Of a DNA stretch of 52,642 nt, positions 44,514 to 52,642 are shown one piece after another. Source of the DNA: Candidatus Kapaibacterium sp. (lineage in GTDB: Bacteria; Bacteroidota; Ignavibacteria; Palsa-1295). Within the stretch, counting starts at the first letter, position 1, and each line of letters opens with the position of its first letter. Where the stretch lies: contig JBBRNY010000004.1 of assembly GCA_038229915.1 (NCBI GenBank), positions 1-52,642 of the forward strand, in the 5' to 3' direction. The position numbers and the translations under genes are program-made. Under the pieces are notes generated by a model. That model saw only the letters and a program-made list of their open reading frames with translations. It was not told the origin of the DNA and made no database searches.

Positions 44514-46805
44514 ATGCGATCGTTCTTATATTTATGTTTCTGCGTTTTCTTGATCTCAGCATTTGGCGTTTCTGCTGGGGATGCAAAACCTTATGCCAAG
44601 CGAATTGCTCTTCCTGCTGACTCATCTGAAGGATTGCTATCAGGGTATGTCAAAGATTCTGCTTCCGGCGAAACCATTATCGGCGCAACGATACGCGTCC
44701 GCTCACTAAAACGTGGTGCCATCAGCAATAAAAGCGGATATTTTGCCCTTTATCTTCCAGCGGGGAAAGTTCTAAAAGTAGAAGTCTCCTCGCTTGGTTA
44801 CAGAACATTTTCGAAAACAGTACGATTGAACGAAGGAGAAAAGATCACTGAGAATTTTATCCTATCGCAGGAAAATCTTCAAGGAGAAGAAATAGTCGTC
44901 GAGACTGATCGTTCGAAAGATCGTCGCGAATCGCCACAGGTCTCAACCGTTTCGCTCAAACCAAGTCAGATCGCCAGTCTGCCACGAGCCGGAGAAGCTG
45001 ATATTTTTAGAATACTGCAAATGATACCCGGTGTACAAACCGTTAGTGAGATTTCGGCTGGTCTCTATATCAGAGGCGGCTCGCCCGATCAAAATCTTAT
45101 TCTTCTTGATGGAAGTACACTCTATAATCCAAACCATTTCTTTGGGTTTTTCTCGACCTTCAATCCGGATGCGATTAAGGACGTTGACCTGATCAAAGGC
45201 GGTTTCCCTGCACAATATGGTGGGCGCCTTTCAGCAGTGCTGAGCGTCACGAACAAAGACGGCGATCTCTATAATACACACGGAGCTGTTGCAATAGGAT
45301 TGATCTCAAGCCGTGCGACAGTCGAAACACCCGTCGGCAATGGTGCTATCACGATAGCGGCTCGCCGGACGTATATCGATGCGATCCTGAACCTCACAGG
45401 CTTAGCAAAGAGTCTTGATCTGCCGAGCTATTATTTTTATGATCTCAACGGAAAATTTACACAGAATTTGGGTGACAACGATAAGATCGCCGTTTCAGGG
45501 TACGGCGGGCTTGACAAGCTCTACTTCGATAACGGGTCGCAAGCATCACAAGTGGACATCAGATGGGGCAACCAGAGCGGCTCGGCAAGTTGGACACATT
45601 TATTTTCGAGCAACATCTTTTCAAAATTTAATTTTACCGGAAGTCACTACTTCTCACTGCTGAAATTTGGGCTGGGTGATGAGGCATTCACCTTTGACAA
45701 TCAAATTTACGATTACTCACTTCGCGCCGATCTCGAAGATATTACTTCAAGTAATAATACACTCAAAACAGGCTTCCAACTTTCTCAGTATCAGTTTGGC
45801 TTGAACATCAAAGTCGGCAACAACCCGCCGAATGCCGACATCACGCAAAAGCCAATTTATTACGCCGGATATGTTTCCGATGAATGGAAGCCAACCGATC
45901 AACTGGCGATCACCCCTGGTCTTCGTATTGATGGTATTTCGACTCGGAGTGATGTTGGTATCGATCCACGTCTGAGTGTACGTTATATTATTAATCCGGA
46001 ATTCACCGTGAAGGCGAGCTACGGAATTTATCATCAGTATCTCGATCTGGCTTCGAACCCGCTCTTCACGGCATTCGATCTTTGGCTACCCGTCGATTCG
46101 ACTCAAGCACCTCAGACTGCGCAACAATATGTACTCGGCATCTCGACCGTACCATTCGAGGATTTTACGCTCGAAGTGGAAACGTATTATAAAAATATGT
46201 CGAATGTGGTCGAGCTAAAACCAAATATTATTACCGGCAACAGACTCAGCGATGTGTTCTTTGTCGGCAGTGGATATTCCTATGGCTTCGAAGTCTTCTT
46301 ACAAAAACAAGTTGGAGACTGGACGGGTTGGATCGGCTACTCACTCGCTTACACAAAACGAAAATTTGCGGCGATCGACAATAATGCACCTTTCTCACCG
46401 ACCTATGATCGTCGTCACGATCTCAATGTCGTCCTGACCTACCGTCTAAATGATCGGTGGACTGTTGGCGGCACATTCACCTATGCAACAGGGCAACCAT
46501 ATTCTCAAACAACAGGCTTTTACAATGCGGGCGAGCCCGACTATGATGGCAAGCTCATTCCCATTAATGGACTAAAGAATAGTTTGCGTCTTGAGCCATA
46601 TCATCGTATGGATCTCTCCGGCACGTATTCCTTCAGTCTCTTTAGCGACAAAAAGAATGCGGAGTTTAATATAGATATTTACAATGTCTATAATCATCGC
46701 AATGTGTGGTTCCGTCGTATCAATACCGACAACACTCCTGCAACCAGCGAAAATGTTCGCCTGCTTCCAATTCTGCCCACATTCGGGTTACAAGTAAAAT
46801 TTTAA
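44514..46805 (+). CDS. TonB-dependent receptor with N-terminal carboxypeptidase-regulatory-like domain
   Basis: Motifs SGYVKDSASGETIIGA, GEADIFRILQMIPGV, IRGGSPDQNLILLDG, KGGFPAQYGGRLS and YNVYN; terminal Phe. Confidence 0.93.
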   Translation: MRSFLYLCFCVFLISAFGVSAGDAKPYAKRIALPADSSEGLLSGYVKDSASGETIIGATIRVRSLKRGAISNKSGYFALYLPAGKVLKVEVSSLGYRTFSKTVRLNEGEKITENFILSQENLQGEEIVVETDRSKDRRESPQVSTVSLKPSQIASLPRAGEADIFRILQMIPGVQTVSEISAGLYIRGGSPDQNLILLDGSTLYNPNHFFGFFSTFNPDAIKDVDLIKGGFPAQYGGRLSAVLSVTNKDGDLYNTHGAVAIGLISSRATVETPVGNGAITIAARRTYIDAILNLTGLAKSLDLPSYYFYDLNGKFTQNLGDNDKIAVSGYGGLDKLYFDNGSQASQVDIRWGNQSGSASWTHLFSSNIFSKFNFTGSHYFSLLKFGLGDEAFTFDNQIYDYSLRADLEDITSSNNTLKTGFQLSQYQFGLNIKVGNNPPNADITQKPIYYAGYVSDEWKPTDQLAITPGLRIDGISTRSDVGIDPRLSVRYIINPEFTVKASYGIYHQYLDLASNPLFTAFDLWLPVDSTQAPQTAQQYVLGISTVPFEDFTLEVETYYKNMSNVVELKPNIITGNRLSDVFFVGSGYSYGFEVFLQKQVGDWTGWIGYSLAYTKRKFAAIDNNAPFSPTYDRRHDLNVVLTYRLNDRWTVGGTFTYATGQPYSQTTGFYNAGEPDYDGKLIPINGLKNSLRLEPYHRMDLSGTYSFSLFSDKKNAEFNIDIYNVYNHRNVWFRRINTDNTPATSENVRLLPILPTFGLQVKF

Positions 46806-46810
46806 GTCTT

Positions 46811-47656
46811 ATGAAAGTATCATCGAAATATTCAGTTGTTCTCGCTCTGCTTATAGCGGCGATCTTTGTCGGCTGCGACGGTGCCATAGAATCGAATTAC
46901 ACACCTCAGATCGTCGTTCAAAGCTTTTTGTACACAGGTGAAGGAATCGACTCGGTTCTCTTGCATTATACGACCCCATACACCAAATCATATATTGATA
47001 GTGAGTATGCCATCACGGGCGCTGATGTTAAAATTTCCGTCGATGGAGCCGACTTTCAGTTACTCCCGATTCCAAATCGAAAAGGCCGTTATTATTTGCC
47101 GAAATCAACACTCACTGTTCAAGGTGGAAAAGTTTATACGCTTACGGTAACAGCGGACGGAATAACTGCTACCGCACAGACAAGTGTACCGTTGCCAATA
47201 CAGATAACGAACCGTGCGACGGCATTCCCTGCCGATAGAATACTAGTTCTTGATACTAATGATGCAACAACATTCACTTACACGCTGACTGCCGGACCGG
47301 TTGATAATCCTCATCGGTTATATATGCTCCAGATCACATCGATCGACACAACCTACGGAAAAATACCAACATCTAATCAAGGGCCTCCTGTTGATACAAG
47401 TGCTTACGTTCGTTACTCGTTTATACAGACCGCGCCAAACATGATCATCTATTCTCGATTATTCGGATGGTTCGGACCAAACAAGATCAAGTTTCTTGCC
47501 CTTGATTCGAATTGGGTTGATTATAAGCGCGCCGTTGGCTATGGCGCCAATTCGTTCTCGCCGTTTCAACCATCGCTCAATCACATTAATAACGGACTCG
47601 GTATTTTTGCGAGCGCTGGGTGGGATTCGATCACGGTGTTCATAAAACCCAAGTAG
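46811..47656 (+). CDS. DUF4249-like lipoprotein partner of the TonB-dependent receptor
   Basis: Lipobox FVGC (start moved to 46811), YTLTV..DG..ATA.T.VP and NHINNGLGIFAS. Confidence 0.8.
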   Translation: MKVSSKYSVVLALLIAAIFVGCDGAIESNYTPQIVVQSFLYTGEGIDSVLLHYTTPYTKSYIDSEYAITGADVKISVDGADFQLLPIPNRKGRYYLPKSTLTVQGGKVYTLTVTADGITATAQTSVPLPIQITNRATAFPADRILVLDTNDATTFTYTLTAGPVDNPHRLYMLQITSIDTTYGKIPTSNQGPPVDTSAYVRYSFIQTAPNMIIYSRLFGWFGPNKIKFLALDSNWVDYKRAVGYGANSFSPFQPSLNHINNGLGIFASAGWDSITVFIKPK

Positions 47657-47749
47657 TCGGATTAGTCTTTGGTCTTTAGTCGTTTGTCTTTGCTAATGTC
47701 AGCAACTTAGTCTTTTTGCAAAAGACTAAAAACTAAAGATGAACGACTA
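47654..47749. repeat. Palindromically arranged heptamer repeats (TAGTCTT-like)
   Basis: TAGTCTT TGGTCTT TAGTCGT TTGTCTT (47663-47690) faces AAGACTA AAAACTA AAGATGA ACGACTA (47722-47749), with an internal hairpin TTAGTCTTTT-tgc-AAAAGACTAA. Confidence 0.75.
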
Positions 47750-47752
47750 TTC

Positions 47753-49864
47753 TTGACACGAAGTGTTTTCATATTTGCTTTGCTTTTGTTCTGGACGAAT
47801 GTTTTCGCCCAGCATAACGATACGCAATTTCAATGGTGGACTCCCGGCACGATCACCTCACTTCCGGTTACCGACTCGCTAAGCCGATATAATCGGCTAT
47901 CCGATCTTTCCTTGAATTTCGAACATACCCTTTCGCTCTATCAATGGGGAGTCGGAACAGCGATCACAACGCTTGGTAGAGACGCATTACACACTTCAAG
48001 CATTTGGTCAAGTCCATCGGTCAGTGTCTCAGCCGAAGGTCGTTCACAGCTGAGAGAAGACACCCGTACGCGCACAACCGAAGGCATTGGCTATCTTGAG
48101 GCGACCTATCCCATTGTAAGCGGCACCGCGGCTCTATCACTCTCCCTTTTCGGCACAACCTATTCACTCAGTCGAAATGCAGCCACATCGATCTATGATG
48201 TAGGCACGCTCCAAAATCTCAGCGACGGTTACGGCGTCATCGGCGGTAAGTATATGCCCTTCAGCGAACTCGTGCTCTCGGGTGGGGCAGGCATTGCCTA
48301 CAAATCATTTCTGTTCGGGAAATCAAATGGAAATATCATCCAGGCTCGTGCCGTGCTCTCGACGATCAGCATTGCCGACGGTTCGGTCGTTGATGGTGAG
48401 GCATCAATTGACGAACGCCGATTTAATTCGCTCGGAGAGCTCGGGCGCAATGACGCCGCCAGAGCTCACCTAATCACCGTCTTTGGCGACGAAGGCTCTA
48501 ACGAAGCAACGGCTGGAGTCTCACTAAAACGTCGAGATTTTTATTTTACGGTTGATACAGTTTCCCCAACGGCTCGGCAAGAACGAAGCGAATTTATCGT
48601 CGAGCTTCACGACTTACTCAGGTACCCACTTGTCGCAAAAAAATTATTATTACTGGTCGAAGGAAATTTTATCCCGAGATCTGTTTCTCGCAAAACCTCC
48701 GGTATTGACTTTGCTGCTGCTTCGACCGGACTGCTGACGTCCTCAACATTTTTATTGCCATCAACCACAGCCGCATTCGATCTGGGAATTTCAAGCCAAT
48801 TACAATGGACCCTATCAGACGAGACTCGCAACCGTGACCGAATACCATTCATCACCGCAGAAATAAAATACAGCGAGAACTCCGAGACTAATGATATTGC
48901 CTTGTCGGAGCTGTCATTTGCCTCGACTTCACTTATTAATAAATTATCTTCAACCTTTAACGCAACGAGTTTTGATGCGGGGCAATCGGCATTGAATATC
49001 ACTGGGACGTTCCCTGTTTTCGAACGCGATGCCATTCAAGCAAATATTTCTTCGAGGCTGTTTCGATATGATACCCCCAGTGAAGAGAACCGTGACGACC
49101 GCGATGAACTCTATCTCAATGCCACACTAAAATACTATCACTCTTTCGCAAGTAACCTCTCCGCAATGGCGCAGGTAAGGCTTTCGCAAAATCATTTGGT
49201 GTATCTTAAGAGTGACCGGAGCGCACAAAATTATACCGGGAATACTCTTTCGTTCTTATCTTCGACGTTATTAGAAAGCAATGTTGTTCGAAACTCACTG
49301 ACAGCGGAAGTCTTTGCCAATTATTCAGTATATGATTTTATATTGCCTTCAGTCGTACAACTCGGAGGGCGTGATTATTTGATCCGAGGCGTCAATGGCT
49401 CTGATAGTATTTCGATCGCACTCGGAGGTATTCATTTTATTGTCAACGGCACTGCTTCACTCGAAAGCAATATGAACCTCAGGCTCTATGAACGCGGGGC
49501 ATACAATGCCGGTGCATTTACCGAACGTCCGCTGCTTCGCACAACAGAATTCTCCGGCGACTTCACCGCAAACATTACTGATCTTACCACCAGTGCTCCC
49601 ATTCTTCTAAAATTAGGAGCTCGTTCGTTCTATCAATTGCGCTATGCGCCAACATCTGCACAATCAACGGCTTTGCTATTGCAAGAACGTGTCAATCGCA
49701 TCGGACCATTGGTTGTTCTTATTATCGATCAATTCTCCGCAAACGGACTTCGGCTTTATGGTGATTTGTGGTATAGTATTTTACAGCACGATTCATACGA
49801 TTTAAGCCAAAGCTCTCGCTCACGGCTTGTCGAAGGTAAGCTCGGCGTTCGCTGGACATTCTGA
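47753..49864 (+). CDS. Hypothetical outer-membrane beta-barrel protein
   Basis: Signal peptide, alternating beta-strand pattern, C-terminal LGVRWTF beta-signal, and a distinctive YDTPSEENRDDRDEL loop. Confidence 0.7.
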   Translation: MTRSVFIFALLLFWTNVFAQHNDTQFQWWTPGTITSLPVTDSLSRYNRLSDLSLNFEHTLSLYQWGVGTAITTLGRDALHTSSIWSSPSVSVSAEGRSQLREDTRTRTTEGIGYLEATYPIVSGTAALSLSLFGTTYSLSRNAATSIYDVGTLQNLSDGYGVIGGKYMPFSELVLSGGAGIAYKSFLFGKSNGNIIQARAVLSTISIADGSVVDGEASIDERRFNSLGELGRNDAARAHLITVFGDEGSNEATAGVSLKRRDFYFTVDTVSPTARQERSEFIVELHDLLRYPLVAKKLLLLVEGNFIPRSVSRKTSGIDFAAASTGLLTSSTFLLPSTTAAFDLGISSQLQWTLSDETRNRDRIPFITAEIKYSENSETNDIALSELSFASTSLINKLSSTFNATSFDAGQSALNITGTFPVFERDAIQANISSRLFRYDTPSEENRDDRDELYLNATLKYYHSFASNLSAMAQVRLSQNHLVYLKSDRSAQNYTGNTLSFLSSTLLESNVVRNSLTAEVFANYSVYDFILPSVVQLGGRDYLIRGVNGSDSISIALGGIHFIVNGTASLESNMNLRLYERGAYNAGAFTERPLLRTTEFSGDFTANITDLTTSAPILLKLGARSFYQLRYAPTSAQSTALLLQERVNRIGPLVVLIIDQFSANGLRLYGDLWYSILQHDSYDLSQSSRSRLVEGKLGVRWTF

Positions 49865-49892
49865 TTTTCAAGGGACTGCCACAAAATCTCCT

Positions 49893-49900
49893 TATCTTTG
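49893..49900 (+). promoter_or_regulatory. -7 promoter element TATCTTTG
   Basis: Matches TAnnTTTG and directly precedes a long hairpin region. Confidence 0.55.
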
Positions 49901-49904
49901 TACT

Positions 49905-50021
49905 GCCTACTTCCTTGCGTGACAGCAGTGTTGTGAGTGATCAAGATTTGAATAATTGTAATTACGCTGTCAACGGGAAGAACGCCGCCGCAGGGATCGT
50001 ACTCCTGTAATCATTTTTTTT
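49905..50021 (+). ncRNA. Candidate structured RNA (sRNA or hup leader), family unassigned
   Basis: Long irregular hairpin CTTCC..CGTGACAGC...GCTGTCAACG.GGAAG (49910-49980), then a CAGG/CCTG hairpin and a T8 run. Preceded by a promoter element. Confidence 0.4.
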
Positions 50022-50023
50022 CG

Positions 50024-50031
50024 TATATTTG
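50024..50031 (+). promoter_or_regulatory. -7 promoter element for hup
   Basis: cgTATATTTG, 82 nt upstream of the hup ATG. Confidence 0.55.
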
Positions 50032-50113
50032 ACATTCTTTCTTCATTAACATATACCTGTTGATAGAAGAACGGAAGTTGAAATTCTTTTAACGCTCATT
50101 CCAAATTACTTCT

Positions 50114-50386
50114 ATGAACAAATCAGAACTCATCGAAGCCCTCGCAAAAGCTACTGACCTGTCGAAAGCAGATTCAGGACGTGCGTTGGACGCCCTCGTT
50201 GAAACCATTACCAAAACGCTCAAAAAAGGCGGCCAGGTAGCTCTTGTCGGATTCGGTACTTTCAAAATCTCAAAGCGTGCTGCTCGCGTGGGTCGCAACC
50301 CACAGACGGGTGCTGCTCTCAAGATCCCTGCTCGCAAAGTACCTCGCTTTGTAGCCGGCAAAACCTTGAAGGATTCTGTAAAGTAA
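50114..50386 (+). CDS. hup: DNA-binding protein HU
   Basis: Motifs [26 protein letters not shown] and [13 protein letters not shown]. Confidence 0.98.
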   Translation: MNKSELIEALAKATDLSKADSGRALDALVETITKTLKKGGQVALVGFGTFKISKRAARVGRNPQTGAALKIPARKVPRFVAGKTLKDSVK

Positions 50387-50404
50387 TCTGATTCAATAGT
50401 TTAT

Positions 50405-50439
50405 AAAAAAAGCCTGCTCTTTCGAGCAGGCTTTTTTTT
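50405..50439. terminator. Bidirectional intrinsic terminator (hup / bshB1)
   Basis: A7-GCCTGCTC-tttc-GAGCAGGC-T8 between convergent genes. Confidence 0.9.
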
Positions 50440-50458
50440 GTTTAAATATGTAGTTCTT

Positions 50459-51214
50459 TTAAGCGATCTTCTTGGTGATGATCGAAAAAATATCTTTTAT
50501 CCCGACAGGTCCCTCGCACCAAAATGGCTCGCCGTATTGAACACCGATCTGCATTCCATAATGGCGAGCACGAGCTTCGATCCATTCATAAAATCCTGAC
50601 TGGGTTAGGAAGGTCTCGCGTTCACTTGAAGCGATCTTCTGGCCATCTGTATTTCTCCCAAATTGCGAGCCATACGCTTGTACTGTTCGCATCCTATCTT
50701 CAAAAACGCTACTGACATCAAGGATCAGCTTAGGCTCGAAAATATAGGTCTGCATAAAGTGTAAGACCATCAACGGGCGATGAGGCTCCTGTGGCTTACC
50801 GTTATCATCAAGGGTTTCGATCTTCGCTAAGCCTGCATAAAATGATGCCTGATGGACAAGCTCCGAAGCTGCTTCGTGATCGGGGTGTCGCTCGGAAAAA
50901 TGTGGGCAAAGCACGATGGTCGGGCGGAGCATCCGAAAATACCGTATAATCTTGTGGACATTTTCTTTCGAGGTCTCGATATTACCATCGGCAAGCCCAA
51001 GATTATATCGTCCGTCAAGTCCCAATATTTTCGTGGCTTCATCAGTTTCTTTGCCACGTGATTCCAGTGTGCCACGAGTCGAAAGTTCGGCATACGTCAG
51101 ATCCAAAATAGCCGTTCGCTTCCCTGCTGCTTTGGCCGCGAGCATCGTGGCTGCACAAGAAAGCTCGACATCATCAGGATGTGCGGCGACGCCAAGTATA
51201 TCAATAGGTGTCAT
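50459..51214 (-). CDS. bshB1: Bacillithiol biosynthesis deacetylase BshB1 (PIG-L family)
   Basis: Motifs AHPDDVELSC, DLT.AELSTRGT, RHPDH, AGLAK and AYGSQF. Confidence 0.9.
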   Translation of the reverse strand: MTPIDILGVAAHPDDVELSCAATMLAAKAAGKRTAILDLTYAELSTRGTLESRGKETDEATKILGLDGRYNLGLADGNIETSKENVHKIIRYFRMLRPTIVLCPHFSERHPDHEAASELVHQASFYAGLAKIETLDDNGKPQEPHRPLMVLHFMQTYIFEPKLILDVSSVFEDRMRTVQAYGSQFGRNTDGQKIASSERETFLTQSGFYEWIEARARHYGMQIGVQYGEPFWCEGPVGIKDIFSIITKKIA

Positions 51215-51225
51215 TGTAAATAGAT

Positions 51226-52642
51226 TTAATTTGACGATCCGTTTTCTTTACTGTCAAGTAGTTCTACTCGTTGTTTGTTCTTCCAGAAAAAATAGAACGG
51301 CACTCCGGTCAGCACCAATAAAACACCCGCAAGACTGCTAATGATCGGTTGCGTCCCACTATTGTAGCCATCAATATCTTTTATCAACGTGATGACGACG
51401 TAACTTGTCGCGAACAGCACAAAGATGGCTGGAACATAGGGGTAGCCAGGGACTTTGAAAGTGCGTTCACGATTTGGCTCGCGTTTACGGAGTATGAACA
51501 CCCCAAGCGCCATCAAAACATATAATGCCCAATTGACAAAAATGTACATATCGAGCAACAAGTTAAACGAGCCGGTAAACAACAGTGCAAGTGCCCAAAA
51601 ACCTTGTAACCACAATGCAATACTCGGAGTCTGATATTTTTCGTGAACAGTACCGGCACTGCGAAGAAATAATTTATCTTTCGCCATTGCATAATACACT
51701 CTTGCGTTGGTCAGTACGCCAGAGTTTGTCGTATCAAACGTCGAGATCATGATCAGTATCGCAACGATAGCACCACCGCCCGAGCCAAGAACAGCAGTTA
51801 CCACAGCTGAGGCAACACGTTCTTTTGGAATAGCGGCGATCACATCAATAGGAAGAATATAGAGATAGGCAAGATTGAGTAAAATATATAAACCGGTAAA
51901 GATCAATGTCCCCAAAATAATAGCTTTTGGCAAAGTCTTTTGCGGCTCTCGCACTTCACCCCCGATATAAGAGACATTTCCCCAACCATCGTATGCCCAA
52001 AAAGCTTTTGTTATAGCTGTGGCGATCGCCCCAAGCAACGTCCATGACGAAAGCGCACTACCCTTTGGGGTTATTCCTGTCCAATGAGAGACCGAACCGA
52101 TATTCGAACCGACAATGAAAGCAATAACACAAATACCCAATAGCGCCAATACTTTTGTTGACGTTGATATGCTTTGCATCGAAGCTGCAAGCTTTATTCC
52201 GCGGACATTTACATAAGTTAATAATAGCACTAACCCGCCGGCTATGAGTTTTTCACTAAATTGTTCGAACGGAAATATATCCCCAAGAAATGGTAGATGC
52301 ACCGGCATTGTAGCAAGATCACCAAAGATCACCGGAAGATGAACAAACTCTCCGAGATATTGCGAGAAAATAAGTGCGATCGCCGCGATAGCGCCAGAGC
52401 CCGCTATCATAAAATTTGCCCAACCATAATGGAATCCGATCACATCGCCGTATATTTCACGAAGATACTCATAGAGTCCGCCGGTTCGAGGCATTTGCCC
52501 GACCAGCTCACATTGTGTCAGTGCGCCGAAGAGTGTTACCACTCCGGCAACAACCCAAACCAACATCATCAGTGATGCACTACCGAGAATATCTGCCATC
52601 GAGACAGGCACAACAAATATTCCGGAGCCGATCACAGCACCG
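51226..52642 (-). CDS. APC-family amino acid permease (5' end truncated by the window edge)
   Basis: Motifs IGSGIF, GGLYEYL, FWAYDGW, GGEV..P.KTLP and RVYYAMA. The reading frame is open to the window end. Confidence 0.93.
   Translation of the reverse strand, partial: GAVIGSGIFVVPVSMADILGSASLMMLVWVVAGVVTLFGALTQCELVGQMPRTGGLYEYLREIYGDVIGFHYGWANFMIAGSGAIAAIALIFSQYLGEFVHLPVIFGDLATMPVHLPFLGDIFPFEQFSEKLIAGGLVLLLTYVNVRGIKLAASMQSISTSTKVLALLGICVIAFIVGSNIGSVSHWTGITPKGSALSSWTLLGAIATAITKAFWAYDGWGNVSYIGGEVREPQKTLPKAIILGTLIFTGLYILLNLAYLYILPIDVIAAIPKERVASAVVTAVLGSGGGAIVAILIMISTFDTTNSGVLTNARVYYAMAKDKLFLRSAGTVHEKYQTPSIALWLQGFWALALLFTGSFNLLLDMYIFVNWALYVLMALGVFILRKREPNRERTFKVPGYPYVPAIFVLFATSYVVITLIKDIDGYNSGTQPIISSLAGVLLVLTGVPFYFFWKNKQRVELLDSKENGSSN

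Noticed and set aside
47654-47749. CRISPR array
   Set aside because: The units are 7 nt with no spacers, and there are no cas genes in the window.
49905-50021. SRP RNA, tRNA or a known riboswitch
   Set aside because: There is no SRP domain IV motif (CAGG..GGAA..AGCAG), no cloverleaf and no aptamer consensus I recognise, so it is kept only as an unassigned candidate.
1-52642. Mobile elements, prophage, defence systems, tRNA or rRNA
   Set aside because: I recognised no transposase, integrase, phage, nuclease or tRNA/rRNA signature by eye. A tRNAscan, cmscan or HMM run would be needed to exclude divergent cases.

Overview
A 52.6 kb, gene-dense chromosomal segment from a Bacteroidota/Chlorobiota-group bacterium. 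The lineage is inferred (Ignavibacteria/Kapabacteria-like) from T9SS C-terminal domains, TAnnTTTG promoters, bshB1 and an RNase P RNA lacking helix P18. I saw no transposase, phage gene, CRISPR array, rRNA or tRNA. Contents in order: a DUF389 protein; an orphan ORF; nif3 - zinc-ribbon - rnpB; an Omp28-like T9SS protein; an RND pump pair; typA; two tandem T9SS-secreted aryl-sulfate sulfotransferases, each behind an identical TGTCACA-N16-TGTC motif; a TPR/DUF6702-like/HupE-UreJ trio; folP; a 39-aa basic protein missing from the ORF track; a complete but mosaic ISC Fe-S cluster (Rrf2 regulator with a 25-bp operator, iscS, an unknown gene, iscU, iscA, hscB, gmhA, hscA, sod, fdx, iscX, Lon-N protein); a DMFase-like gene; a GT9/YfhO/GT2/DUF2723 glycosylation cluster; a Cys-to-Asp MurA; miaB; a TonB-dependent receptor with a DUF4249 lipoprotein; a candidate structured RNA upstream of hup; bshB1; and a truncated APC permease. 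Best candidates for undescribed biology: the expanded ISC operon and its unknown gene, the DUF2723/YfhO glycosylation cluster together with D-S/T-rich secreted proteins, the sulfotransferase pair, the small basic protein and the hup-upstream RNA. All family calls come from motif recognition by eye; no database search was run.
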